Positions 14,319 to 25,777 of a stretch of 64,000 nt of DNA are shown here, one piece after another. Below the pieces are notes generated by a model. The model saw only the letters and a list, made by a program, of their open reading frames with translations. It searched no databases and was not told where the DNA came from. Origin of the DNA: Vairimorpha necatrix (taxonomy: Eukaryota); the NCBI GenBank assembly GCA_036630325.1, contig CP142727.1, positions 1,364,001 through 1,428,000 of the forward strand, in the 5' to 3' direction. Numbering within the stretch: position 1 is the first letter of the stretch; every line of letters begins with the position of its first letter. A program made the translations under genes and the position numbers.

Positions 14319-17300
14319 AATTCTAATTGTATTTCTGTTGGTACGTTTTGTTTTATTGTATATTAAATATTCCTGGTTTATTGTGAAATGAAAGAGTTCA
14401 TTATAAGTAAACTCATTCAAAATAAAAAAAATAATAAAATATAAATCTGAATATGTATAAGACAAATGCATATAAAATATCTTGGCTTTTTAGTCATATG
14501 AAGACCTAAGTAGTACAGTTCAGAGTCATATTTCTTGTAAGTATTTCTAATGTCGTTTTGCTTGATATGGATATTGTGTGTTTATATTGGAAATTAATCA
14601 TATAGTTATAACCTAATTAAAACTGTATATAATTCTTATGCGCCATGTCAGAAAAAAGTACTGTACTATTTTTGAAATCGACATAATTAGTGTTTGCGCT
14701 ATTATTTTTAATTTTAGAACTTAAACTGATTTTTTAATAGTATAAACGCTGAGTTTTTTTATTTTTATTGTTGGACTTTAAAGTTCTAGCTTTTACATTA
14801 GATACCATTATTTTTTTAGTTTTTTAGTTTTTGTGATGTGTTATTATCATAACACCATATCAATAGCTTTATGTGCTCTATTCTTTCTTCGTGTAGTAGA
14901 TTTTTTATTTGAAGATGAACATGTATTTTGTCTATTAAATGTATATGTTTTGTAGTGTCTACATGTAGATTTCGTATTATAATAATAGTATTTTGTCTAT
15001 ATTTAAGCATATATTGTAAATGTTCGCAGTTCCGAGTTTTCGTATGAATAACGTCGTTTAATTGTATAATAACGCGTTATGCACAGCCAACGGGCAAACT
15101 CGTATTTCTCATAAAAACCGAAAATTCAATAATTCAAATAATATACATATTCGATGATCATAAATACTTAAATGTTAGAAACGGTAGTTTTTTTATACTA
15201 CTTCAAATACTACGGCTACAGACAAAATAAAAAAATTTCTTTTCTAATATCTTGTAATATTGATTATAGACATTAATAACATTGAGCTTAAAAAGAGAGT
15301 AGATCCATATAATAGACGAAATATAAAAAATTTCATGGCGTTTTAGTTTCCACTTTATTGTTATTTAACATAGAATGAGCTTAAAAATAAATTTTTTTGG
15401 CACCTATTAATTCTACCAGGATAATGTACAAGAAAGAAAAATATTATATTGTATGCTTGCCTTTGGGCCAATCTAATATGTAAGAATCAAGCATATTTTT
15501 CAAAATTTATCCGTATGATTTCTAGTATATTATCAAGAAATTACATTACATACCTTATACGAAACATTCTAGAGGGCTTTATTGTTTCTAAAAAGACGTA
15601 AATATCGAATGTATTTTCTTCTATTATAGCTTATACAATACTTTTTTTCGTGTAATTTTAAATTATTGAATAAGCGGGCATCATCCAATTAACAATATTT
15701 TCAAATGTTCATACATAAATAATTGAACGCTATTAATAATTTAAAAGCGGTCGAATTTGAACAACATGTACTTTATTTTTACAGATTTTTTTTAGATAAT
15801 TCTATTATTTTTATATTAGTAGCTCATATTTAATATCTAATTTTACAATAGATAAATAATTTACTTTAAAACAAATTTTAGAAATTAAATATTTTTTACT
15901 TTCAATAATTTACACTTTAAAAAATTTTTAGCGCAGCAACTATCATTTATTTGTTCTAATGGAAATTCTATGATTAAATATAAAAGCATTTTTTCAATAC
16001 CCAAATGATGTTAAATATTTGTATTGATCACTTATTTACTTGTTTATTATTTAAACAAGCGTTATTGTATAATAAGTTGCATTATTCAATAAGATACAAA
16101 AATTTATTAAATAAACAAAAAAACTTCAGCGTCGAGGAATTTCTTAAAAAATCTGGCGTTACTTAAACAGACACATATACTAAATAATCTAGGTCTAAAA
16201 AAAAAATACCTTCAACAAGTAAAGTATCAGTTGACTACGCCGATATTTATTCTATTTTTAAGCTATATAATCAGATTTTTAATTTTTTTGAGTACTTTGA
16301 TGGAAACAATATAATATTTTTACATATTATATCGGATTTCATCCATGATGAGCTCTAAAAGAGGTTCTTTAGTAAAATTTATCAAATTATTTTAAAAATT
16401 TAAATAGATACATGTTATCGTTAGGTAAAAAATTTATTCTTATACTTTTAACTGCTTAGGTTTAGGTAAAGTTGTGAAATGCATCTTAATGGCAAAAAAA
16501 ATGCAGACTCTTATTACTTGAAAATATGTAAAATTTTATAAGTGTTATAATAAAATGTTAATTGGTGCTCTCTATGATATTTTTTAGTCAATTATGAGTC
16601 TAGAAATTGTAGATATGAGTATGTAGATATAAAACTAATTCTAATATAACTTCATGGTTGAAAGATGTGTAGATAAATAATCAAGATGTCATTAAATGGA
16701 TTACTGAAGATGAATATGTGTAAAATATCAATGAAAATATGAAATTGGCTTATATTGTCTCGGTTGAAAAACTAAACATGCCTTATAAGAAAATCGCGAT
16801 TTAATACTTTAATTGCAAAAAAGATTAAAATTTTTTCATAGGTTTTAATTAAAATTAATATTACGAAGTTAATTTACTATACGAGATAAACTATGAAAGA
16901 TTTAGCAAAAAAAATCAATGAACTTAGATGAAATTAATTGCAGACACGGGTTTGTGTTACTATTTGAAAAGAAATATAAATTATCGAAATGTTAGAGACT
17001 TATACAATCTATCTAAAATATTGTTTTGCCATTTGTTTCCACATTTAATATATAAATCAAAGTTTATTAGCACGCAAAAAACAAACAGGACACGTTAATA
17101 AAATTAACTTAACATTTAGTAATACAACCTAGCTGTTAATTGTGTTATAATAAATAAAAAAGTTAGATTGTAAAATAAACCAAAAGAGAAGGTTAGGTTT
17201 TGTATTAAACATGTCACACTTTAATTTACCATAAAAATTATGTTAAATACAAATGCGAAAGGCATGATAATCTAAAAATAATCAAATTTGAACAAATTCT

Positions 17301-17355
17301 TTATAAAGTCATTTATATTTTTAAACAATATAAAATTAAAATATTTTGTCCCATA

Positions 17356-18018
17356 ATGCTGTTTCTATTTCTTTTTAATATTTGTGAAGCAGGAAGAGAA
17401 ATATTCGATCTTATTGCAAAATCAATGGTAAAAACAAATAAAACTATTTATACTGATACCGTTGAATACGTTGATGATAGCCCTGCATATAAAGATCCTT
17501 TGAATTATACTTCTTGTAATGCTACGGCCTACTTTTCAAATGCTGAAATATTTAACTTTAATCAAATTGATTATAAAGATCTAAGAGTTGCATCTAAATA
17601 TATTTATCGCATATTCGGAAAGTCTACCCCGTTTAAAGAAATCATTCGGAAAATGATAAGTTACAGAACAATACGACGAGAAATTTTTAATTTTAAAAAT
17701 TTTCATAAGTATGTAAAAAATTATATTCAAAATATTCAACAAGAAAATAACGAAATTAATGCGTATTTGTTACTTAAATCGTTGGCATTTAAGTGTTATA
17801 AGCTAATTTATTTGTTTTCGTTTATTGAGTTAGAGGAACAAAAGAGAAATGAATTAAAAAATGCTATGGTTGAAAGCATGGTACTAAAAACTAAATGTGA
17901 TTGTCAATGGCAAATAATACAAATCTTGGACACGGTAGTTTATGATTTTTTGATTGAGTCCCTAGAAGCCGTTATTTCTAACAGTGAAAAAAAGATTGGA
18001 CAAACTTCATCGCCATGA
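17356..18018 (+). CDS. Secreted-protein family copy 5 (220 aa)
   Basis: Signal-peptide-like start; family motifs; CCCATA before ATG; closest to copy 4. Confidence 0.92.
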   Translation: MLFLFLFNICEAGREIFDLIAKSMVKTNKTIYTDTVEYVDDSPAYKDPLNYTSCNATAYFSNAEIFNFNQIDYKDLRVASKYIYRIFGKSTPFKEIIRKMISYRTIRREIFNFKNFHKYVKNYIQNIQQENNEINAYLLLKSLAFKCYKLIYLFSFIELEEQKRNELKNAMVESMVLKTKCDCQWQIIQILDTVVYDFLIESLEAVISNSEKKIGQTSSP

Positions 18019-19088
18019 TTAAATTAATAATTTTTTATTAACTAATATTGTAAAAAAAAATTTGATAATGTCAAACGGGATCGTAAAAAATTTAAAATCA
18101 AAATCTTTATATTAAATATAATTATTTTGTATTATAAACATATATAATAATTATCATTAATAATTTCTATCCCGATAGCGTTTGTATATGAAATTTCGCT
18201 TAATATCTCAATATTTTTATGGCTTACACAAAAATTACTGTTCCTAGAAGGTATGAACAAGATTTTTCGTGCCGTCTTGTCTGCTATGTATGCTGCATTT
18301 TCAGTTCACAAATTGGCTTACTATACATATAATGCTTTGTAAATTGGTCATTTCACAGCAAACTCCTAAGCGAATTTTGTTTTTTATTTAGTTTTATTTT
18401 CCATGTCGCGCTTATTGCTTTACGTTACTATCTTTCATTTTACACAAATCTAACTATTTTTTATAGTATTTTCTGATTATTTAGTGCTTTTATGTTTTTG
18501 TTTCATTTATTTTTTATGTTCTATGTATATAACATTTTATTTTTTTTTTTGTATTTTATTATTATTGTTTGGTGTATTTAAATCAAATTTCTATGTTCCG
18601 ACTCGATTTTTTTATAACGGTTTAAGTATCAAATCAAGCATCTACTATTTTTGTTTTTTATTGCATGTTTATGTTCTAAAATGCGAAAATTCTTGTCTTG
18701 TGTTTTGCATGCCGACTTAAATGATTTAGCTTTATTTTTTTTTCTTTCATTGCATGTCAAATGTATCAATTGACGTCACTGACACATTTGACATGGGTTG
18801 CTAATCAATACGTAATTATTGTTTTTAATAATTACTTTGATTATGCCGAGTTTTTTACTGGACTACTTTGGTTGTTTCAATGTTTAGATCGTAAATTTAT
18901 CTAAAAATGTGAGTACAATTGATCTATATTTCTTATTTCGATATAAACAAAAACTAATATGCGTACTTTTTTCTGATATCTTTATTAATTGATTGTTTAA
19001 AATTTTAAGAGCTTCTTGTCTTCTTAATACTGTTTAATGTTTGTTTAATTTTAGTAGATCATTTATGTTTTTTTTTCATATACCCCAT

Positions 19089-20729
19089 ATGATTTGTTTA
19101 AAATTTTTTTCACTATTCTTTTTAACTCAAGCTAGTCAATTTATATACAATATTATCGGTGAAATTGTACTAGAGAAAATAGAAAAGAGAGAATTCGAAA
19201 TCTTTAATTTAAAAAAGAATTATTGTAAAATGTTTATTAAATTTTCTTTTGATACTGATTGTCTAACGCAGCAAATATATGATAAAAGCGTCAAAAATAA
19301 TGGAAATGAAAAAATTAGACTGTCTCTTGCAACTAACACTGACGATGAGATTAATAAAATTTTTAAAAAAAGCATTTTCTCAAATGGATATAAAGGTCAT
19401 AAAAAGATGATCTTAGTGTATAATAAAGACGAATCTAATAGGATGATTGAAATAATAAAAAAAATAAATAGTGAGAGAGCAAAACAAAGTAAACCAAACG
19501 TGTTTTGTTTTGAAAATATTATTGAGAAAGAGTATTTAGAAGAAAATTATAAATCGGAAACTTATTTATCAAGAGAAGAAGCAGAAAGTAAACATTATAA
19601 AAAAGTCTTTGATATAAAAAAAGATAATGAATTTTTTCTCAGATTAACTATTAGGAGAAAAGCAGTGCTTTATTATTTTGATATTAACGTAAAAGAAATA
19701 ACAAATAAATACTTACAGAAACTAAATCAATCAGACAATAATATAACAAAAATTATTAGTGATAATGGTTTAAATGAAAATATATTGGACATGATTTACG
19801 AGGAAAAATTAGTTTACAACACCATGATTGTCTTAATTGCGTTTTTACAAGTTTCATATGATGATGAATCAGTATCAAATATTTTATATTTATACAAATT
19901 GACAGAAGTCACAAATATTAAAGCGTGCAATATGTCAAAACTCATATTTTGTACGCTTGATCACGTTGAGTGTAAAAGTATTAATTTTTCAGCTACAATT
20001 AATAAAAACGAAATAATCTTTCAAAACCAAAATGTTTATGATATTCGTGATTCAAAGGAATTTGCAGATGATTTTAAAAAAATTTGTAAAATTTTTTACG
20101 AAATTAATTTAACGGATTTTGAAGAAATAGAAATGTTTTATCAATTATTGAAAACTAATAACAAAGTAGAAATGTTGGTCGACAAGCTGTTTACCAAAAA
20201 GGGATACGCTTTAAATATATTTTTTATACATCTTTGTGAATCATTTGGGATTAAACAAAAGAATAGAAACACAAAAACAATCATGAAAATTTTTGAAACT
20301 AATTGCATAGAGTTTGATTATATGATGAAAATTCTAATATTTATAAAAGCAGAAGAACTTATAAATGAAAATAAAGAGCTTAATGATCCAATATTAAAAC
20401 AGTTGAAAGATATCGGAAATATTTTTAACAAAAAATGCAGATCAAATTTATTTTTTAAAAATAATGAAAATCTTTATATTAATCTATTAAAAATATTTGG
20501 GAGAATAATAAGTTTTAAAGCAGATATTAAAAGATTCAATAAGTTTATATGGACTGGCATTATAAAAACCATGTCATTATTTGAAAGATTAAATAATGAT
20601 AGTAATAAATACAATGAAGTATTTAGAATCATAAAAGATGAAATTATGATTAATTTAGGATACGACAGTAAAAAGATACGAGAAATAAATGAAGAATTGA
20701 TGACAGCTTTAGAAAGTAAAATTCACTAA
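19089..20729 (+). CDS. Hypothetical secreted protein (~546 aa)
   Basis: Long ORF; ATG at 19089 follows CCCCAT and gives signal-peptide-like MICLKFFSLFFLTQAS; no domain recognised. Confidence 0.85.
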   Translation: MICLKFFSLFFLTQASQFIYNIIGEIVLEKIEKREFEIFNLKKNYCKMFIKFSFDTDCLTQQIYDKSVKNNGNEKIRLSLATNTDDEINKIFKKSIFSNGYKGHKKMILVYNKDESNRMIEIIKKINSERAKQSKPNVFCFENIIEKEYLEENYKSETYLSREEAESKHYKKVFDIKKDNEFFLRLTIRRKAVLYYFDINVKEITNKYLQKLNQSDNNITKIISDNGLNENILDMIYEEKLVYNTMIVLIAFLQVSYDDESVSNILYLYKLTEVTNIKACNMSKLIFCTLDHVECKSINFSATINKNEIIFQNQNVYDIRDSKEFADDFKKICKIFYEINLTDFEEIEMFYQLLKTNNKVEMLVDKLFTKKGYALNIFFIHLCESFGIKQKNRNTKTIMKIFETNCIEFDYMMKILIFIKAEELINENKELNDPILKQLKDIGNIFNKKCRSNLFFKNNENLYINLLKIFGRIISFKADIKRFNKFIWTGIIKTMSLFERLNNDSNKYNEVFRIIKDEIMINLGYDSKKIREINEELMTALESKIH

Positions 20730-22310
20730 TAAAACATTTAAACAATATTATAACTCCTTTAAAAAAATCCATACATTATATATTTTTTGTGGTTTAATTG
20801 TAATATTAATTTTTGTACGTTATAGATTTTAATAGGAAAACTTATAAGAGCTAAAGTTAATATCAACCTGTACAAACAAATAGACTGCCTTGAATGCTAC
20901 TGTTCCCATATGTATACCTTTCAAAAATAGTAATATATAAAATAAATTCGTAGAGAAATTTTATAGAATCTATAAAAACTCTTGAAGGTGCCTTTTTCGT
21001 TATAAAAAAGCATTGATCCCTCGTACTTATTTCTTTTATGTAAAAAAAAGAACATGTTTTTTTATTTAATTTATCTATATTGACTAACATGATGATAAAA
21101 AATGTCATACGTACATTATAAATAAAATTTTCACTAAATAGCAAAAATATCATATATGAGTGAATAAGAATGTTACTGTATAAATTTGGAATGACAATCT
21201 CCCAATAATGATTTCTTACCATTGAATAATAATAATTTCTCTTAAAGTGATGATCGAAAACACGTTGTTGACACGTAAAAAACCTAAATTCATTTACATG
21301 GCACAATGTGTTAAACCTTAGGAAATGATAATTGTATCCATGATAATTAAAAGTTGTTTTTAACTAGTCCAAATTCTGGTACAAAGATTTACATTTAGTA
21401 AAAAACGCGTCCCAATAAGAAAATAATCAGCTTTTGCGCCTTTTTCCGTAAAAATATCGCTATATGTGGTCAATAGAGGACTTTTTAGCAAAATTTGTGT
21501 TAAATTTTTGAATTAACATAAAAGTTAAGCTAACAGTCTCTTAGAGTTCACGCGGTGCCTTCTAATTCTAATATTACGCGTTAGCCAAATATCGAAAGGT
21601 ATAAGAGAACTTAGGAACTTTTTATTGTGTCCTGGGTATGTATTGTGGAATTTCGACAGAAAAAAAAAAGCGATGATGGTCTTAAGGTTTATAACATGTG
21701 CTTCATGTGTTTGCCTTTATATCATGCCAGGTACGATATAATTATAATGTCTTTTGAGAGCAAAAACGAAAAGAACGTAAAAAATTCCTAAAAGGGATAA
21801 GAAGAGGCGATTAAAAAATCGTAATAAGTCTGCATATATGTTTCTTTTTATAACCATTTCGCCCATATTAATCAATTTAGTTTCAAGCCTTAAAAAAATT
21901 TTTAAAAAATTTAACCATATGGAAATGTATTAACTGTATAATTCTATTATGCATTATAATAATATATGGCCTTTATCAAAACCTCGAAAGTTTTTCTTGT
22001 AATATGAAATTGAAGACGATTCAAAAGAAGAGCCTTTTAATTCAGAAAAGTGTATCATACTACTAATTTACAATGCATATTTCAACAATATTTTGATGAT
22101 CAACTTAATACGTAAGTCTCGGATTTATCTTTGACATTTTAATGACCTAAAAATCAGACAAATGCATATAAAAAAAAATTTGACAAAAATGATTTATTGC
22201 GAACTGAGATCAACAAAAGCTTGTGGTAGAATTACGTACACAACTAATCGCTCCTTTTTAAAATTTAATATATATATGATTTTGTAAATTACTAATTAAA
22301 CTTATAACTT

Positions 22311-25300
22311 TTAATTCATTAAGAAATTCCCTGCTATCTCTTTTTCTACTTCACTAGCATAGCTTGTTTTCTCACTATAACTTACCCCTATAAATTTATT
22401 CCCTACACTCAATAATTCAGACCTAAAAGTCGTCATAATAAATTGCACATCATTCAAAGACTGAAACAAGGCCGCCAATTTCATACGCCCTTCCTCGTCT
22501 AAATTCGCATCAACTTCATCAAAAATATAAAATGGCGAAGGATCAACTTTCTGTATACTAAAAATCAATGCTATAGCCACCATTGTCTTTTGCCCACCAC
22601 TTAAATTTTTATCATCTCCTTCATTTACATTTATTTTTAATTCTGTCGTATTATTTTCCAATCTAACTTCAAAATTACACAATTTTTTACTAAAAAATTC
22701 AAAATTTTCTTTTACACTTTCAAATGTTAAATTCATTTTCACATTTTTCTTTTCATCAATATTTCTTATAAATTTGTTTATAGTTTCATAATTTTCTTCT
22801 AATTCTTTAAATCTTTTCAAAATATCATTTTTCTGATCAATAAAAATATTCCATTGTTCTAAATTTCTTTTATTAACAAAAATATATTTTTTTAATTCTT
22901 CGTTAATATTTTTCAATTTTTCTGTTATTTCTATTTCTGATAAATCATTATACAATATTTCTGTATTTATACCTATTTGATTTATCAATTTTTCTCTTTT
23001 TAAAATTAAATTATTTTTTTTATATTTTTTAAATTTTCTTTTTAACAAATCTTCTTGATTTCTTAAATTTTCAATATTTTTATAATTTTTTATTATAATT
23101 ACAAAATTTTTCAAATTTTGTAATTCTTGATCAATTTCTTCTTTTTCTTTTTTTAAATCTTCCAATAAATTTTCAATTTTTATTAGTTCACTTTTTATAC
23201 CTAAATATTTAAAAGAAATGTTTTCTAATTTTGATTCGTAATGTTGAATTTTTTTTCCTTTATTTTTTAAAATTAAAATTTTTTCTTCTAAAAAATTTTT
23301 TATAGAAATCATTAAATCTAATTCTGAAAATGAAATTTCATTTTGTTTTTGGATTTTTTCCAAAGTTTCAATTTCAAAATTTAATTTTGAAATTTTACTT
23401 TTTAAATTTTCCAATTTTTTTTTATTTTCGTTTTTCTGTTTTTTTATTTTTTTAAATTCTCGTATTATTGATGATTTGTTGTCGTATCCTCCTGTTATTA
23501 TACCATTTTTCCTTATTAAATCTCCTTCTAAAGTGACTGTATTTATTTTATATTTTTTTGATAATTTTTCAGCTTTTTCTAAATTTTTTACTACGTAGAA
23601 GTTTTTAGTTATAAATTTACACAATAAATTTAATTCTTCTTGTAAAGTGGCGTCTGTTTCTGAAATTGTGATTTTACTAGATAATAAGTACATTTCTTCA
23701 TCTTTTATTTCTTTATTTTCTTCATTTATCATTTTGTTTAAAGGTATAAATGTCACAGATCCAGGTACTTTTTTTATTAGTTCTGGAATTATTGAATCTT
23801 CTTTTACTACCAAATTAAATAAGAATTTCCCTGAAACTGCTTCAAATGCGGGAATTAATTCGTCAGGGATGTCGAAGATATCGAAGACACAGCCTATTAT
23901 TCCTTTATTTATCATGTCTTTACATATTTTATAAGAATAATTCCCTGTTGTAATTAGTTTGTTCTCATTATTTTGAATATTTTCTTCTAAATTTTTATGA
24001 TTTTGATTTAGTTTTTTCTCTTCTCGCCACAATTCCTTTCTTTTTTCTATCATTTTGTTTAGTGTCTCAAAGTTGAAGATGTCGCCTGTTGATTTATTTT
24101 CTTTTATAAATTTCCTTTTTTCTTCTAATAATTCCTGAGTGTGTTTTATTTCTTCTTCTTTATTTATTTCTTTGTTTTCTTTTAGGTAGTTTATTACATT
24201 TTTCAAGTACATTTTGTTTATAAAGACGTCTTTTTCTTCATTTTTATATTTCTGTAGAATCTTTTCGTTTTTATTTATTTCTTCTTTTAAATTTGTCAAT
24301 TTCTTTTCAAATTTGGATTTCTTTTCTTCTATGATCTTATCATAGTTTATATTATCTTTATTAATATTCTTGTTATTTAATTCATTTTCATTATTATCTT
24401 TACTGTATTGAATATTATTAAATTCATTATCTTTATTAATTTGAATATTATCTTTATTATTTTGAATATTATTTGGTTCATTTTCATTATTATTTAATTC
24501 ATTTTCATTAAAGTTTGTTTCATTATTATTTATATAGTTATTTCTTGTTAATTGATTCTTAAAATATAAATCTATTGTCATCTTCTCATTTTCTAATTCT
24601 TGTATCTTTTCATTAATCTTTCTTATTTCATATTCTACATCTTCATCACCTCCTTCTTCTTCTTCTTCTTCTATCTCTCCCAATTTCTTATTAATCTTCT
24701 CTAATTCTTTCTGATTATACGCTATCTCATATCTTCTTTTTTCTCTCTCTAAATTTTTATATATCGTCATCTTCTCTTTCTCTTTTTCTAATATACCCAA
24801 TTTATCATTAATAATCTTCATATTATTACTAAACTTCTTCTTTGTTATTTCAGCCTCATTTAACATTTTAATACAATGTTCTCTTTCTTGTTCATATTTC
24901 TGTGCACCAGACAGATTTCTTATTAACTCGTATCTGTTTATATCAGAAATATTTATTAGTTCATTAATTTTACCTTGTTGGACTATAAAATAGCCTAGTG
25001 AACTTATACCACCATTTTCAAGTGTATTGAGTAAATCTTTACGGGTTATTAATTTGTCATTTAAGAAATATTCATCTTTTTCTGGACTTATTTTTCGTGT
25101 TATTTTTACTTGTTTTTGAGTGTCAAGCCTGAGATCAGAGTTGTCGATAAAAAGGGAGATAGAAGCAGTGAGGTCGAGTTTATTCTCGTTGATAAGGTCT
25201 ATTCTGTCTTCTTTTGATAATTTCTTACAAGAAATTATAGTGTTGATGGCGTGGATTATGTTACTTTTACCACTGCCATTTTTTCCGATTATTATTGATT

Positions 25301-25376
25301 TTTCGGGACTGAAGTCGATGGAAGTGAAAGATTTGAAAGATTTGAAATTTTCGATTTCTATCTTTTGCAAGAACAT
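22311..25376 (-). CDS. SMC3: Cohesin subunit SMC3
   Basis: Walker A GKNGSGKSN, Q-loop VQQGKI, hinge VTLEGD..G.ITGG, SMC3-type LSGGQKTMVAIALIFSIQKVDPSPFYIFDEVDANLD; start at ATG after CCCC. Confidence 0.93.
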   Translation of the reverse strand: MFLQKIEIENFKSFKSFTSIDFSPEKSIIIGKNGSGKSNIIHAINTIISCKKLSKEDRIDLINENKLDLTASISLFIDNSDLRLDTQKQVKITRKISPEKDEYFLNDKLITRKDLLNTLENGGISSLGYFIVQQGKINELINISDINRYELIRNLSGAQKYEQEREHCIKMLNEAEITKKKFSNNMKIINDKLGILEKEKEKMTIYKNLEREKRRYEIAYNQKELEKINKKLGEIEEEEEEGGDEDVEYEIRKINEKIQELENEKMTIDLYFKNQLTRNNYINNNETNFNENELNNNENEPNNIQNNKDNIQINKDNEFNNIQYSKDNNENELNNKNINKDNINYDKIIEEKKSKFEKKLTNLKEEINKNEKILQKYKNEEKDVFINKMYLKNVINYLKENKEINKEEEIKHTQELLEEKRKFIKENKSTGDIFNFETLNKMIEKRKELWREEKKLNQNHKNLEENIQNNENKLITTGNYSYKICKDMINKGIIGCVFDIFDIPDELIPAFEAVSGKFLFNLVVKEDSIIPELIKKVPGSVTFIPLNKMINEENKEIKDEEMYLLSSKITISETDATLQEELNLLCKFITKNFYVVKNLEKAEKLSKKYKINTVTLEGDLIRKNGIITGGYDNKSSIIREFKKIKKQKNENKKKLENLKSKISKLNFEIETLEKIQKQNEISFSELDLMISIKNFLEEKILILKNKGKKIQHYESKLENISFKYLGIKSELIKIENLLEDLKKEKEEIDQELQNLKNFVIIIKNYKNIENLRNQEDLLKRKFKKYKKNNLILKREKLINQIGINTEILYNDLSEIEITEKLKNINEELKKYIFVNKRNLEQWNIFIDQKNDILKRFKELEENYETINKFIRNIDEKKNVKMNLTFESVKENFEFFSKKLCNFEVRLENNTTELKINVNEGDDKNLSGGQKTMVAIALIFSIQKVDPSPFYIFDEVDANLDEEGRMKLAALFQSLNDVQFIMTTFRSELLSVGNKFIGVSYSEKTSYASEVEKEIAGNFLMN

Positions 25377-25777
25377 GGGGAATTTTGGAAAACAGAAACT
25401 TAAATAGTAAAAAAATAAGAACAAGATTTACTTTAAAACAATATCACATTATCTCTATAGATAGTCTTTTAAAATATGCATATTAGTTTATATAATTCAT
25501 TAGATATAATTAAAAATACTTTATTTGGATATAATTATATAACTTACTGATTACTTTTCACGAGATAAGCCTACTGTCTCTTCTGACAGTTCCCCCTGAA
25601 ATCCACACAATGGACTTTTGAATATCCCTTAGGTGAGTATCAAGCCCATGTCTGGCTGACATAGTTGGCTTTTCTAAAGTCATTTTAAGAACTCTTGTTT
25701 GTAAAATGCTTAAGTTCTAATCAAAGCTCTTTGGTATCCGCACTGTGAGAATTAGTTACAATAGTCACAGTACAATA

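Noticed and set aside
10428-18720. Short ORFs 10428, 10748, 14241, 14816 and 18484
   Set aside because: Antisense shadows or low-complexity T-rich chance ORFs.
20863-21650. ORF 20863..21306 (HHFKRNYYYSMVRNHYW) and nearby FHNTYPGHNK as a possible integrase HHCC remnant
   Set aside because: No downstream CxxC or DDE core and no LTRs; resemblance too weak.
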